Positions 20,072 through 29,798 of a stretch of DNA of 64,000 nt are shown here, piece after piece. The first letter of the stretch is position 1. Each line of letters opens with the position of its first letter. The position numbers and the translations under genes are program-made. Below the pieces are notes generated by a model. That model worked only from the letters and a program-made list of their open reading frames with translations, made no database searches and was not told the origin of the DNA. Location of the stretch: contig CBDBDQ010000005.1 in assembly GCA_965203905.1 (NCBI GenBank), positions 192,001-256,000 on the forward strand, given 5' to 3'. This stretch comes from Spirochaetia bacterium (GTDB lineage Bacteria > Spirochaetota > Spirochaetia > SZUA-6 > Bin103).

Positions 20072-21136
20072 ATGAGAAGAGCATTCGCAATGATCGTCAG
20101 CCTTGCGCTGTTGTCGCTGGCTACCCTTGCCTTTGGCGACGAGTTGAAGGTCGGCTTCGTGTACGTCGGCCCGATCGGCGACCACGGCTGGACCTACCAG
20201 CACCACCAGGGGCTGCTGGCGGTGGAGGAGGAGTTCGGCGACCAGGTCGAGACGATCTACGTCGAGAACGTCGCCGAGGGACCCGACGCCGAGCGCGCCA
20301 TCACCCGCCTCGCGCGCCAGGGCGCCGGCCTGATCTTCACCACCTCGTTCGGCTTCATGGATCCGACCGTCAAGGTGGCCGCGCGCTTTCCGGACGTGAA
20401 ATTCGAGCACGCGACCGGCTACAAGCGCGCCGACAACGTTTCGACCTACTCGGCCCGTTTCTACGAGGGCCGCTACATCATCGGCCAGATCGCGGCGCAG
20501 ATGTCGGAAAGCGGCGTGGCCGGCTACATCGCGTCGTTCCCGATTCCCGAGGTGGTGCGCGGCATCAACTCGTTCCTGCTCGGCGCACAGACCATCGACC
20601 CCGACTTCAAGCTCAAGGTGATCTGGGTCAACACCTGGTTCGATCCGGGCAAGGAGGCGGACGCAGCCAAGGTGCTGATCGGCCAGGGCGCCGACATCAT
20701 CAGCCAGCACACCGACTCCACCGCGCCGCTGCAGATCGCGGAGGAAAAGGGAGTGGTCGGCTTCGGCCAGGCCTCCGACATGCACGAGTTCGCCCCCAAC
20801 GCGCAGCTCACCGCCATCATCGACGAGTGGGCCCCCTACTACGTCGCCCGCACGCGTGCGGTGCTGGATGGCACCTGGGAGTCCATCGATACGTGGGACG
20901 GCATCGCGCCGGGCATGGTCCGCATGTCTGAGTACCAGAACATGCCGGAAGAGGTGGCCGCCCTGGCGCGCGAGACCGAAGCGGCGATCGCCTCGGGCGA
21001 GTTGCACCCATTCAAGGGGCCGATCTACAACCAGGAAGGCGAAATGGTGATCGGCGCGGGCGAGGTGCTCGACGACGGCACGCTGCTGGGCATGAACTGG
21101 TACGTGCAGGGCGTCGACGACAAGCTGCCCGAATAA
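20072..21136 (+). CDS. BMP/PnrA family purine-nucleoside binding protein
   Basis: Signal peptide, VGFVYVGPIGDHGWTYQH, FEHATGYK and QHTDS motifs; AAGGAG SD before ATG 20072. Confidence 0.9.
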   Translation: MRRAFAMIVSLALLSLATLAFGDELKVGFVYVGPIGDHGWTYQHHQGLLAVEEEFGDQVETIYVENVAEGPDAERAITRLARQGAGLIFTTSFGFMDPTVKVAARFPDVKFEHATGYKRADNVSTYSARFYEGRYIIGQIAAQMSESGVAGYIASFPIPEVVRGINSFLLGAQTIDPDFKLKVIWVNTWFDPGKEADAAKVLIGQGADIISQHTDSTAPLQIAEEKGVVGFGQASDMHEFAPNAQLTAIIDEWAPYYVARTRAVLDGTWESIDTWDGIAPGMVRMSEYQNMPEEVAALARETEAAIASGELHPFKGPIYNQEGEMVIGAGEVLDDGTLLGMNWYVQGVDDKLPE

Positions 21137-21225
21137 CGCGCGCATACCTGCTACCTGCGTTTCGACCGGGCGGCGATCGTGATACGGTCGTCCATCCGGC
21201 CCTGCCTGCCGAATCCGTAACCAGC

Positions 21226-21256
21226 GACCCGCGGGGTGAGCCGCACCCCGCGGGTC
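21226..21256. terminator. Perfect 13-bp GC hairpin downstream of the BMP gene
   Basis: GACCCGCGGGGTG-agccg-CACCCCGCGGGTC; no U-tract, so terminator or mRNA-stabilising role is uncertain. Confidence 0.45.
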
Positions 21257-21339
21257 CAGCCGCTGCATGCCTGAGCTCGCGTCCGCGTCATCCGAAGTAA
21301 GTTTGTGGGCATTCTGATAGTCAAACGGGAAACCAGAGA

Positions 21340-21876
21340 ATGCAGGCCACCCCCTTGTCCATGAATGCCGTGAATGCCCTGGACGCCGCGGCGTTCACCG
21401 CGCGGTTCGGCGATGTCGCGGAACACTCGCCCTGGGTTGCCGAGGCTGCTGCCCGAGCGCGGCCGTTCGCCCATCGCGAAGCGCTGATCGGCGCCTTCGT
21501 CGGCGCGGTACGGGCCGCACCTCCCGAGACACAGCTCGCGTTGCTGCGCGCACACCCCGACCTGGCGGATCGGGCAGCGGTGGCGGCCGACGCCGCGGGG
21601 AGCGGAGTCGCGGCGGAGTCGCGGCGCGAGCAGGCCGGTGCCGGGCTCGACCGCCTCACTGCCGCGGAGTTCGCCCGCTTCGGCGAACTGAACGCCCGTT
21701 ACCGCCGGCGGTTCGGCTTCCCGTTCATCTTCGCGGTGAAGGGCGCCACCAAGGACGCGATCCTGGCGGCGTTCGCGGAGCGGATCGATCACTCGGCCGC
21801 CACCGAGCGGGCCCTGGCCCTGGCCAACGTCGAGCGCATCCTGCGCTTTCGGCTCGAAGATCGGGTCGCGCCGTGA
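21340..21876 (+). CDS. uraD: OHCU decarboxylase
   Basis: EHSPWVAE, LLRAHPDLA, SRREQAGAGL and YRRRFGFPFIFAVKG motifs. Confidence 0.92.
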   Translation: MQATPLSMNAVNALDAAAFTARFGDVAEHSPWVAEAAARARPFAHREALIGAFVGAVRAAPPETQLALLRAHPDLADRAAVAADAAGSGVAAESRREQAGAGLDRLTAAEFARFGELNARYRRRFGFPFIFAVKGATKDAILAAFAERIDHSAATERALALANVERILRFRLEDRVAP

Positions 21877-23201
21877 ACCCGGCGACCGCCGGACGGGTGG
21901 TGCGCGGCGCGGTGCTGACCTACCGCGACGACCCCGCCCGCGCTGCCCTGCGCCAGGCCGTGCAGTTCCACCGCCGCGGCGCCGTAGCGATTGACTGCAC
22001 CGGCCGCATCGCCTGGCGCGGCCCCGCTTCGCGCCTGCCGCAGCGGTTCCGCTCGCTGCCGGTGGACGACCACGGTTCGGCGCTGGTGCTGCCGGGGCTG
22101 ATCGACGCGCACATCCACTTTCCGCAGTACCGCATGCTCGGGACTCCCGGCCGTGACCTGCTCGACTGGCTGCGGCGGTTCACCTTCCCGGAGGAGAGCC
22201 GTTACGCGGCACGCGCGCACGCCAGCGCCGCGGCGGAGGTGTTCCTCGACCGCCTGGCCCGGCACGGAACCACCGCCGCCGTGGTCTTCTCCACGGTCCA
22301 TCGCGGCGCCACCGAGGCGCTGCTGGCGGCGGCCGAGCGGCGCGGCCTGGCCCTGGTCACCGGCAAGACGATGATGGATCGCAATGCGCCCCCGGCATTG
22401 CGCGACGACCCGGCCGCGGGCGTGGCCGACAGCGAAGCGCTGATCGAACGCTGGCACCGCCGCGGGCGCCTGCGCTACGCCATCAGCGTGCGCTTCGCGG
22501 TCACCTCCAGCGAGGAACAGCTTCGCGCCGCAGGAGAGTTCGCCGCACGGCATCGCGACTGCCACGTGCACAGCCATCTGTCCGAGAGCCGGGCGGAGAT
22601 CGACGTCGTGCGGCGCGACTTTCCCTGGGCGCTCGACTACACCGACGTCTACGACCGCTACGGCCTGCTCGGTCCGAGCAGCCTGTTCGCGCACGCCATT
22701 TACCTCTCGGAGCGGGAGTGTGGACGCCTGGCGGAAGCGGGCGCCACCGTCGTGCACTGCCCGACCTCCAACACCTTCCTCGGCTCCGGCCTGTTCGACG
22801 CCGCCCGCCTCCGCAACCCGGAGCGCCCGGTGGGAATCGGCCTCGGCACCGACGTGGGCGGCGGCACCAGCTACTCGATGCTGCACACCATGGGGGAGGC
22901 CTACAAGGTGGCGATGCTGCGCGGGCAGACGTTGAGCGCGCACGACCTGTTCCACCTCGCCACCCGCGGCAATGCCGTGCGGCTCGGGCTCGACGCGGAG
23001 ATCGGCACCCTCGAACCGGGGCGCTGGGCGGATCTGGTAGTGCTCGATCCAACCGCGACTCCGGTGCTGAAGGACCGCGACGCGCTATCGAACCAGCTCG
23101 AGGACACCCTGTTCGCCCTGGCGATCCTGGGCGACGACCGGGCCGTGCGCGCCACCTACGTCGCAGGACGGCAGGCATGGAGCGACGGGATGGGCCAATA
23201 G
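21873..23201 (+). CDS. guaD: Guanine deaminase
   Basis: DAHIHFPQ, LLDWLRRFTFPEE, HSHLSE, HCPTSNTFLGSG and TDVGGGTS motifs. Confidence 0.93.
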   Translation: MNPATAGRVVRGAVLTYRDDPARAALRQAVQFHRRGAVAIDCTGRIAWRGPASRLPQRFRSLPVDDHGSALVLPGLIDAHIHFPQYRMLGTPGRDLLDWLRRFTFPEESRYAARAHASAAAEVFLDRLARHGTTAAVVFSTVHRGATEALLAAAERRGLALVTGKTMMDRNAPPALRDDPAAGVADSEALIERWHRRGRLRYAISVRFAVTSSEEQLRAAGEFAARHRDCHVHSHLSESRAEIDVVRRDFPWALDYTDVYDRYGLLGPSSLFAHAIYLSERECGRLAEAGATVVHCPTSNTFLGSGLFDAARLRNPERPVGIGLGTDVGGGTSYSMLHTMGEAYKVAMLRGQTLSAHDLFHLATRGNAVRLGLDAEIGTLEPGRWADLVVLDPTATPVLKDRDALSNQLEDTLFALAILGDDRAVRATYVAGRQAWSDGMGQ

Positions 23202-23301
23202 CGACGCCGAAGGACGAACCTGAGCAGTCTGCGGAGTTGGTTCGCGCATCCTTGCTACCCGCCCGGCCCGCATGTAAAGGTCAGAACCCAGGAGAGAGCG
23301 C

Positions 23302-23619
23302 ATGTACGTGATCGTGGCCCCGATTCAGATCAAGGAAGGACACCGGGAGGCGTTCCTCGAAGCGATGCTGGGCGACGCCAAGGGCTCGGTGCGGGATGAA
23401 CCGGGCTGTCTCCGGTTCGACGTGATTCAGGATGGCGCCGACCCGAATCGGATCTGGCTCTACGAAGTGTACGTGGACGAGGCGGCGTTTCAGGCGCACA
23501 CGCGGACGCCTCACTTCATCAAGTGGCGCGATATGGTCAAGGACTGGTTCGCGGACGGCCCCAAGGGCGCCGGAGCGGGGAGTTCCAACATCTGGCCGCC
23601 TGACGACGCCTGGAAGTAG
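23302..23619 (+). CDS. ABM/LsrG-like cofactor-free monooxygenase domain protein
   Basis: EPGCLRFDV, LYEVYVDEAAFQAH and TPHF motifs. Confidence 0.85.
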   Translation: MYVIVAPIQIKEGHREAFLEAMLGDAKGSVRDEPGCLRFDVIQDGADPNRIWLYEVYVDEAAFQAHTRTPHFIKWRDMVKDWFADGPKGAGAGSSNIWPPDDAWK

Positions 23620-23651
23620 GCCGGCTCGCTCCCGGAACGGACCGCCAAGCC

Positions 23652-25454
23652 TTGGTGCAGCACAGACCGTGGCACGAGGCAGCTACCCGGCTGGTTGACG
23701 TGGCCGCCGGGCGCGCGCCGGCGCAACTCGTGATCCGCGGCGGCCGCTGGGTGAACGTACTCACGCGGGAGGTGGTGGAGGGGATCGACATCGCCGTCTG
23801 CTGCGGCCGCATCGCCTGCATCGTGGAGGACGCCGGGTACTGCACCGGGCCCGACACCCGCGTGATCGAGGCCGAGGGCCGCTTCCTGGTGCCGGGCCTC
23901 AGCGACGGCCACATGCACGTCGAGAGCAGCATGTGCACCATCACCGAGTACGTACGTGCCGTGCTGCCGCACGGCACCACGGCGATCTTCGCCGATCCGC
24001 ACGAGATCGCCAACGTGTTCGGCCTGGAGGGGGTGCGCATGATGGCCGCCGAGGCCGCCGCCATGCCGATCCACGTGTTCGTGCAGATGCCCTCCTGCGT
24101 GCCCTCGGCACCCGGCCTGGAGACTCCCGGCGCCCGCATCACGCCGCGGGAAGTGGAACAGGCGATGACCTGGCCCGGCGTCATCGGCCTGGGCGAGATG
24201 ATGAACTTCCCCGGCCTGGCCGGCAACGACCCGCGGATGCACGCCGAGGTAGCCGCCACGATGCGCGCCGGCAAGACGGTGGGCGGTCACTACGCGAGCC
24301 CCGACCTGGGCCCCGACTTTCACGCCTATCTGGCCGCCGGGCCGGCCGACGACCATGAGAACACGCGCGAGGTCGATGCCGTGGAGCGTGCGCGCCGCGG
24401 CCTGCGCCCGATGCTGCGGTTCGGTTCCGCCTGGTTCGACGTGGCCGCGCAGATCAGCGCCGTGACCGAGCGCGGCCTGGACCCGCGCCAGTTCATCCTC
24501 TGCACCGACGATGCGCATGCGGCGACCCTGGTGCAGGAGGGGCACATGGACCGCGTGCTGCGCCACGCGGTGGATCTCGGCTGCGACCCGCTGGTGGCGC
24601 TGCAGATGATGACCATCAACACCGCGCAGCACTTCGGCGTGGAGCGCGACCTGGGGTGCCTGGCGCCGGGGCGCTGCGCCGACCTGGTGTTGGCCGACGA
24701 CCTGGAGGAGTTCGCCGCCGCCACGGTGATCGTCGGCGGCGCGGTGGCCGCGGAGGCGGGCCGCCTGCTGCTCGACCTGCCCGCCTGGACCCACGAGCAG
24801 CGCTTCCGGCAGTCGGTGCGGATTCCGCGCCGTCTGGCCGCGGCAGACTTCACCGTGGCGGCCGGTCGGGCGCGGGGCACCGTGACCGCCAACGTGATAG
24901 GCGTGCTGGAGAACCAGGCGCCGACCCGCCACCTTACCGTCGAGCTGGAAGTGACCGCCGGCATCGTGCAGCCCGATCGCGTTGGCGACGTACTGCCGCT
25001 GGCCCTGGTGGAGCGCCACCATGGCAGCGGCAAGGTGGTGAACGGCTTCGTCCACGGCTTCGGATTTCAGGGTTCGTGCGCCGTCGCCTCGACGGTGGCC
25101 CACGACAGCCATCACCTGCTGGTCGCCGGCACCAGCACGGTCGACATGGCACTTGCCGCGAACACCCTGGCGGATACGGGCGGCGGGGTGGCGGTGGTAC
25201 GGGCGGGAGAGGTGATCGCGCTGATCGAGTTGCCGGTCGGCGGCCTGATGTCTGCCGAACGCGCCGAGGTGGTGGCCGCGAAGTCGGCCCGGGTGATGCA
25301 GGCGATGCGCGACTGCGGCTGCTCCCTCAACAACGGCTACATGCAGCTCAGCCTGCTCGCCCTGGTGGTGATCCCGGAACTGCGCATCTCCGATCTCGGC
25401 CTGGTCGACGTCTCCCGCTTCGCCCACATCCCCGTAGTCCAGTCGCACCCGTGA
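23652..25454 (+). CDS. ade: Adenine deaminase
   Basis: DGHMHVESS, DPHEIANV, GLGEMMNFPG, CTDD, STVAHDSH and LALVVIPELR motifs. Confidence 0.93.
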   Translation: MVQHRPWHEAATRLVDVAAGRAPAQLVIRGGRWVNVLTREVVEGIDIAVCCGRIACIVEDAGYCTGPDTRVIEAEGRFLVPGLSDGHMHVESSMCTITEYVRAVLPHGTTAIFADPHEIANVFGLEGVRMMAAEAAAMPIHVFVQMPSCVPSAPGLETPGARITPREVEQAMTWPGVIGLGEMMNFPGLAGNDPRMHAEVAATMRAGKTVGGHYASPDLGPDFHAYLAAGPADDHENTREVDAVERARRGLRPMLRFGSAWFDVAAQISAVTERGLDPRQFILCTDDAHAATLVQEGHMDRVLRHAVDLGCDPLVALQMMTINTAQHFGVERDLGCLAPGRCADLVLADDLEEFAAATVIVGGAVAAEAGRLLLDLPAWTHEQRFRQSVRIPRRLAAADFTVAAGRARGTVTANVIGVLENQAPTRHLTVELEVTAGIVQPDRVGDVLPLALVERHHGSGKVVNGFVHGFGFQGSCAVASTVAHDSHHLLVAGTSTVDMALAANTLADTGGGVAVVRAGEVIALIELPVGGLMSAERAEVVAAKSARVMQAMRDCGCSLNNGYMQLSLLALVVIPELRISDLGLVDVSRFAHIPVVQSHP

Positions 25455-26041
25455 CCGCCGCCGCGATCCTGACCATTGGGCACTCCAATCAAACGCTGGA
25501 ACGCTTCCTGGCGCTGTTGGCCCAGCACGATGTCACCGCCGTGGCGGACGTGCGCTCCGCGCCGTACAGCAGATTCTGTCCCCACTTCAACCGCCGTGCG
25601 CTCAGCTCCGCCCTTGAGGACCGCGGCATGCAGTACCTGTTCCTCGGGCGCGAGCTCGGCGGGCGCCCCGACGATTCCGCCTGCTACGACGACCGGGGCC
25701 GCGTCTGCTACGACCGCGTGCGCCGGACGGAGCGGTTCCGCGGCGGCTTACGGCGACTCCTCGCGACCGCAGCGTCGCGACGCATCGCCCTCATGTGCGC
25801 GGAGAAGGAGCCCCTGGACTGCCACCGGACGCTGCTGATCGCGCAGGCGCTCGACCGGCAGGACGTCGCCGTAGCCCACATTCTGGCCGGCGGCGAAGTC
25901 GAATCACACCCGCGGACCATGAACCGGCTGCTGGAGAAGTTCGATCTGGACCCCGACGCCGAACTGATCGCAACGCGCGAGGAGTTGATCGGCCACGCGG
26001 TTGCGCTGCAGGCGCGTCGGGTCGCCTTCAGTCGCACCTGA
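25451..26041 (+). CDS. DUF488 family protein
   Basis: TIGHSN, VADVRSAPYSR, LGRELGGRP and LMCAEKEPLDCHR motifs; GTGA overlap with ade. Confidence 0.85.
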   Translation: MTAAAILTIGHSNQTLERFLALLAQHDVTAVADVRSAPYSRFCPHFNRRALSSALEDRGMQYLFLGRELGGRPDDSACYDDRGRVCYDRVRRTERFRGGLRRLLATAASRRIALMCAEKEPLDCHRTLLIAQALDRQDVAVAHILAGGEVESHPRTMNRLLEKFDLDPDAELIATREELIGHAVALQARRVAFSRT

Positions 26042-26104
26042 AACGCCCCCGCCGGGCTGGACGCGGCACGGGGAGTACCACCAATATGGCGCCGGATCAG
26101 CGAG

Positions 26105-26957
26105 ATGGCATTTGTTCGACAGCGATACGGGAAGGCGAACGTGCGCGTGCTGCGGGTGCAGCGTGACGCGGGGCGCCACGACGTGCGCGAGGTGCGCATC
26201 AGGGTAACCCTCGACGGCGACTTCGCCCGCGCCTACACCGCGGCTGACAACGGCTCGGTGGTACCTACCGATACCATGAAGAACCTGGTCAACGTACTGG
26301 CGCTGGAGCACCTGGAGGCGGCCAACGAGCCGTTCGCGATGGCGATCGCGGAGTGCTTTCTTGACCGCTACGAGCAGGTGTCGGAAGTGCAGGTGGAGAT
26401 CGACGAGACCGTGTGGAACAGGATGTCGATCGCGGGCCGGCCGCACGAGCATAACTTCGTGCGGTCGGAGAGCGGCACGCCGTTCGCGTGCGTCACGGCC
26501 ACCCGGTCGGCGCGCGAGATCGTCGCTGGAATCCGCGACCTGGAGATCATGAAGACCACCGCGTCCGGCTTCGTCGACTACCTGCAGGACGAGTACACCA
26601 CGTTACCGCCGACCTCCGACCGCGTCCTCGCGACCCGGCTGTGCGCGACGTGGCGGTTCGCCGGCGCCGATCTCAGCGCGCCCAGCGCCTTCGGCGACGC
26701 CGCCAACGCCATCCGCTGCGCCTTGCTGCGGGTCTTTGCCACCAGCTACAGCCACTCGGTGCAGGACAGCCTGTACCGCATGGGCGAGGCCGCTTTGGCC
26801 GCCGCTCCCGCGATCGAAGAAATCACCCTGGCCATGCCCAACGTCCACTACCTGGCGATCGACCTCTCCCGCTTCGGGCGCGATGCGAAGGGGACGGTTG
26901 TTCCTGCCCACCGACGAGCCCAACGGCCAGATCGAAGCCACCCTGAGGAGGCAGTGA
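26105..26957 (+). CDS. pucL: Factor-independent urate oxidase, with an apparent +1 frameshift near 26898
   Basis: [36 protein letters not shown] and MPNVHY motifs; conserved C-terminus [15 protein letters not shown] lies in another frame ending at TGA 26955-26957. Confidence 0.85.
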
Positions 26958-27304
26958 TGGGCCAGCTCACGACCCACGTCCTCGATACCGCGCAGGGCAA
27001 GCCGGGCGCCGGCATCCGGGTGGAGCTGTACTCCGCGGCGCCGGAACGCCGCCTGGTCGCGAGCGCGCGTACCAACGCCGACGGGCGCTGCGACGCACCG
27101 CTGTTGCAGGGCGACAGGTTCCGTACCGGGCGCTGGGAGCTGGTGTTCCACGTTGGGGAGTACTTCGCGGACTCCGGCCTGGCGCTACCGGAGCCGCCGT
27201 TCCTCGATCAGGTCACGGTGGCGTTCGGGATCGCCGCGGACGCCCACTACCACGTGCCCCTGCTGGTCTCGCCCTGGAGCTACACCACCTACCGCGGCAG
27301 TTGA
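26957..27304 (+). CDS. uraH: 5-hydroxyisourate hydrolase
   Basis: [15 protein letters not shown] and [17 protein letters not shown] transthyretin-like signature; GAGGAGG SD and TGATG overlap. Confidence 0.93.
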   Translation: MGQLTTHVLDTAQGKPGAGIRVELYSAAPERRLVASARTNADGRCDAPLLQGDRFRTGRWELVFHVGEYFADSGLALPEPPFLDQVTVAFGIAADAHYHVPLLVSPWSYTTYRGS

Positions 27305-27470
27305 CGCGCACCGAAGCCGCTGCGCGGACACGGCAGCCAAGGAGCCCTGCGTCCGCGCGTATTCTCGTTGGTGAATCCCTGGGACTTCGTCATGACCGAG
27401 CCGGTTCCCGCCCCGGAGGCGTGACTCGGGGCCGCTGACGGCGACTGTACCACCGGCGCGTTCTCGTACC

Positions 27471-29798
27471 TCACACCACGCGCTGACCCCAAGCACGATC
27501 TGGAAGGATAGGTACCGCACGCACCTGATGCAGGGGATGCAGGGCGAGGAGGAGGCGTTCGGGGGTCATGGGGGCGTCGAGGGTGAGGTCGGCGTCCGGG
27601 CGGAAGGCCTTCATGGCGTTGCGCAGGGCGAAGAAGACGCCGATGCCGTACATCAGCGGGGGCTCGCCGACCGCCTTGGCGCCGAGCGGGCCGTAGGGGT
27701 TGTCCTCCGGCTCCAGGAACTTCACCGCCATGTCGTCTGGCATGAAGTAGACGTCCGGGGCCTTGTAGGTGGACAGGGCATGGGAGAGGCAGCGGCCCTC
27801 CGCGTCCCACTGCAGATCCTCCATCGTCATCCAGCCCATGCCCTGGGCCAAGCCGCCCTCCACCTGGCCGCGGTCCACGGTCGGATTGATGGTACGGCCG
27901 AGGTCGTGGACGATCTTCACCTGGTCGACGGCGTAGGTGCCGCGCAGGCAGTCGACGGTGACCTCGAACACGGCCGTGCCGTAGACGTGGTAGGCGAACG
28001 GGTGGCCGTGCTCGCGCTCATCGTCGTAGTGGATGCCCGGGGTGGCGTAGTAGCCATGTGCGGACAGCCGTTTGCGCGCGCGGTAGGTGAGCCCCACGAG
28101 GTCGATCCAGCTCATGCCGGCGGGCTTGCCCGCGACGCACACCTGTTCATCGGCAACGGTTACCGTGCGCGGATCCGCCGCCGCCAGCTCCGCGGCCGCC
28201 ACTTCGCGCATGCCTTGGAGGATGGTGTCGACGGCGATGAGCGCCGCGTTGCCGTTCAGGTCGGTGGTGGCACTGGCGGCGCTCGGCGACATGTTGGCGA
28301 CCCGCGTGGTGTTGGTGCTTTCGACGCGCACCCGGCGTTGGTCGATGCCGAAGGTGCGCGCCACCACGGCCGCGACGTTGCTGCTGATGCCCTGGCCCAT
28401 CTCGATGCCGCCGGTGGTCACGCTCACGCTGCCGTCGGTGTAGACGTGGACCAGGGCGTTGCCCTGGTTGAGGTGGCTCTTGGTGAACGAGATCCCGAAG
28501 CAGACCGGCATCAGGGCGCACCCCTTCTTGAGCGCGAAGTTGCGCTGATTGAATCCCGCCACCCGCTGCCGGATCCGGTCCACCCCGAAGGTCGTCTGCA
28601 GCTCGTCCCAGGTCCGCTCGGCGCGGGACCGCTCCACCACCTGCCCGTAGTGGAACACGTTGCCGTCGCGCAGCAGGTTGGCGCGCTGGATCGCTGCGGC
28701 CTCGATCCGCATGGCGTCGGCGGCCTTGTTGATGGCGGCCTCGATCACGTACATGCCCTGGGGGCCGCCGAAGCCGCGAAAGGCGGTGTGGGGTTGCAGG
28801 TTGGTGCGGCACGGCGCCGCCGTCACCCGCACGTTGGGGACGAAGTAGGCGTTGGTGGCGTGAAACAGCGTGCGCGCCAGCACCGGCGGTGAGAGGTCCG
28901 CGAAGGCGCCGGAGTTCTGGTAGAAGGTGGCCTCGTAGGCGTGGATCTTGCAGTCCGCGGTCAGCCCGATCCTGAAGTCGGCGGAGTAGGGGTGGCGCTT
29001 GCCGGTCATCCCGATGTCGTCGAGCCGGTTCAGCACCAGCTCCACCGGCACCTGCAGGTGGGCGGCGGCCAGCGCGGCCAGGGCCGCCCAGTGGGTGGCC
29101 TGGTCTTCCTTGCCGCCGAAGCCGCCGCCGAGCCGCTTCACGTCGACCTCGACCTTGTGCATCGGCTTGCCGAGCACCGCCGCCACCACGTGCTGCACCG
29201 CGGCCGGCCCCTGGGTGGAAGAGAACACCTGCATGGCACCGTCCTCGCGGGGCACCGCACGCGCGCGCTGGGTCTCCAGGTAGACGTGCTCCTGGCCGCC
29301 GATCTCGCAGCGCCCCTCCACCACCACGTCGCAGTCGCTCCAGGCGCCGGCCACGTCACCGGCCGCCATGGTGCGCGGCGGATGGATCAGGTCGCCGGCG
29401 GCGAACGCTTCGCGCGGGTCGACCACCACCGGCAGCTCGTCGATCTCGACGTCGATCAGCTCGCGCGCCTGGCGCGCCTGGTGGGCGGTGTGCGCCACCA
29501 CCAGCGCGATCGGGTGGCCGACGAAGCTCACTTCGCGCTCCACCAGCAGCAGCTCGTCCTCGAAGATCGGGCCGAAGCGGTTGACGCCGGGGATGTCGGC
29601 GGCGGTGAGCACGGCCACGACCCCGGCAGCGGTACCGGCCGCATCGGTGGCCAGCCGGGTGATGATGCCGTGCGCCTTGGGCGAGCCGAACACCGCGGCA
29701 TGCAGCATCTCTGCCGGCGGCGGCACGTCGTCCACGTACTGCGACTCGCCGCGCACATGCAGGTGGGAGTCGATGTGCTTCGCGTCGTCCCGCTTCAC
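27471..29798 (-). CDS. xdhB: Xanthine dehydrogenase molybdopterin subunit
   Basis: GGQEHVYLE, RLGGGFGGKE, TAFRGFGGPQG, EMGQG and KAVGEPPL motifs; GTG start overlapping the xdhA stop. Confidence 0.93.
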   Translation of the reverse strand: MKRDDAKHIDSHLHVRGESQYVDDVPPPAEMLHAAVFGSPKAHGIITRLATDAAGTAAGVVAVLTAADIPGVNRFGPIFEDELLLVEREVSFVGHPIALVVAHTAHQARQARELIDVEIDELPVVVDPREAFAAGDLIHPPRTMAAGDVAGAWSDCDVVVEGRCEIGGQEHVYLETQRARAVPREDGAMQVFSSTQGPAAVQHVVAAVLGKPMHKVEVDVKRLGGGFGGKEDQATHWAALAALAAAHLQVPVELVLNRLDDIGMTGKRHPYSADFRIGLTADCKIHAYEATFYQNSGAFADLSPPVLARTLFHATNAYFVPNVRVTAAPCRTNLQPHTAFRGFGGPQGMYVIEAAINKAADAMRIEAAAIQRANLLRDGNVFHYGQVVERSRAERTWDELQTTFGVDRIRQRVAGFNQRNFALKKGCALMPVCFGISFTKSHLNQGNALVHVYTDGSVSVTTGGIEMGQGISSNVAAVVARTFGIDQRRVRVESTNTTRVANMSPSAASATTDLNGNAALIAVDTILQGMREVAAAELAAADPRTVTVADEQVCVAGKPAGMSWIDLVGLTYRARKRLSAHGYYATPGIHYDDEREHGHPFAYHVYGTAVFEVTVDCLRGTYAVDQVKIVHDLGRTINPTVDRGQVEGGLAQGMGWMTMEDLQWDAEGRCLSHALSTYKAPDVYFMPDDMAVKFLEPEDNPYGPLGAKAVGEPPLMYGIGVFFALRNAMKAFRPDADLTLDAPMTPERLLLALHPLHQVRAVPILPDRAWGQRVV

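Noticed and set aside
23235-23256. Possible sigma-54 promoter before the ABM gene
   Set aside because: TTGCT is present but GG-N10-GC spacing is not met
26077-26093. NtrC-box-like ACCACCAATATGGCGCC before pucL
   Set aside because: Several mismatches, only about 10 bp from the ATG, and no -24/-12 promoter downstream
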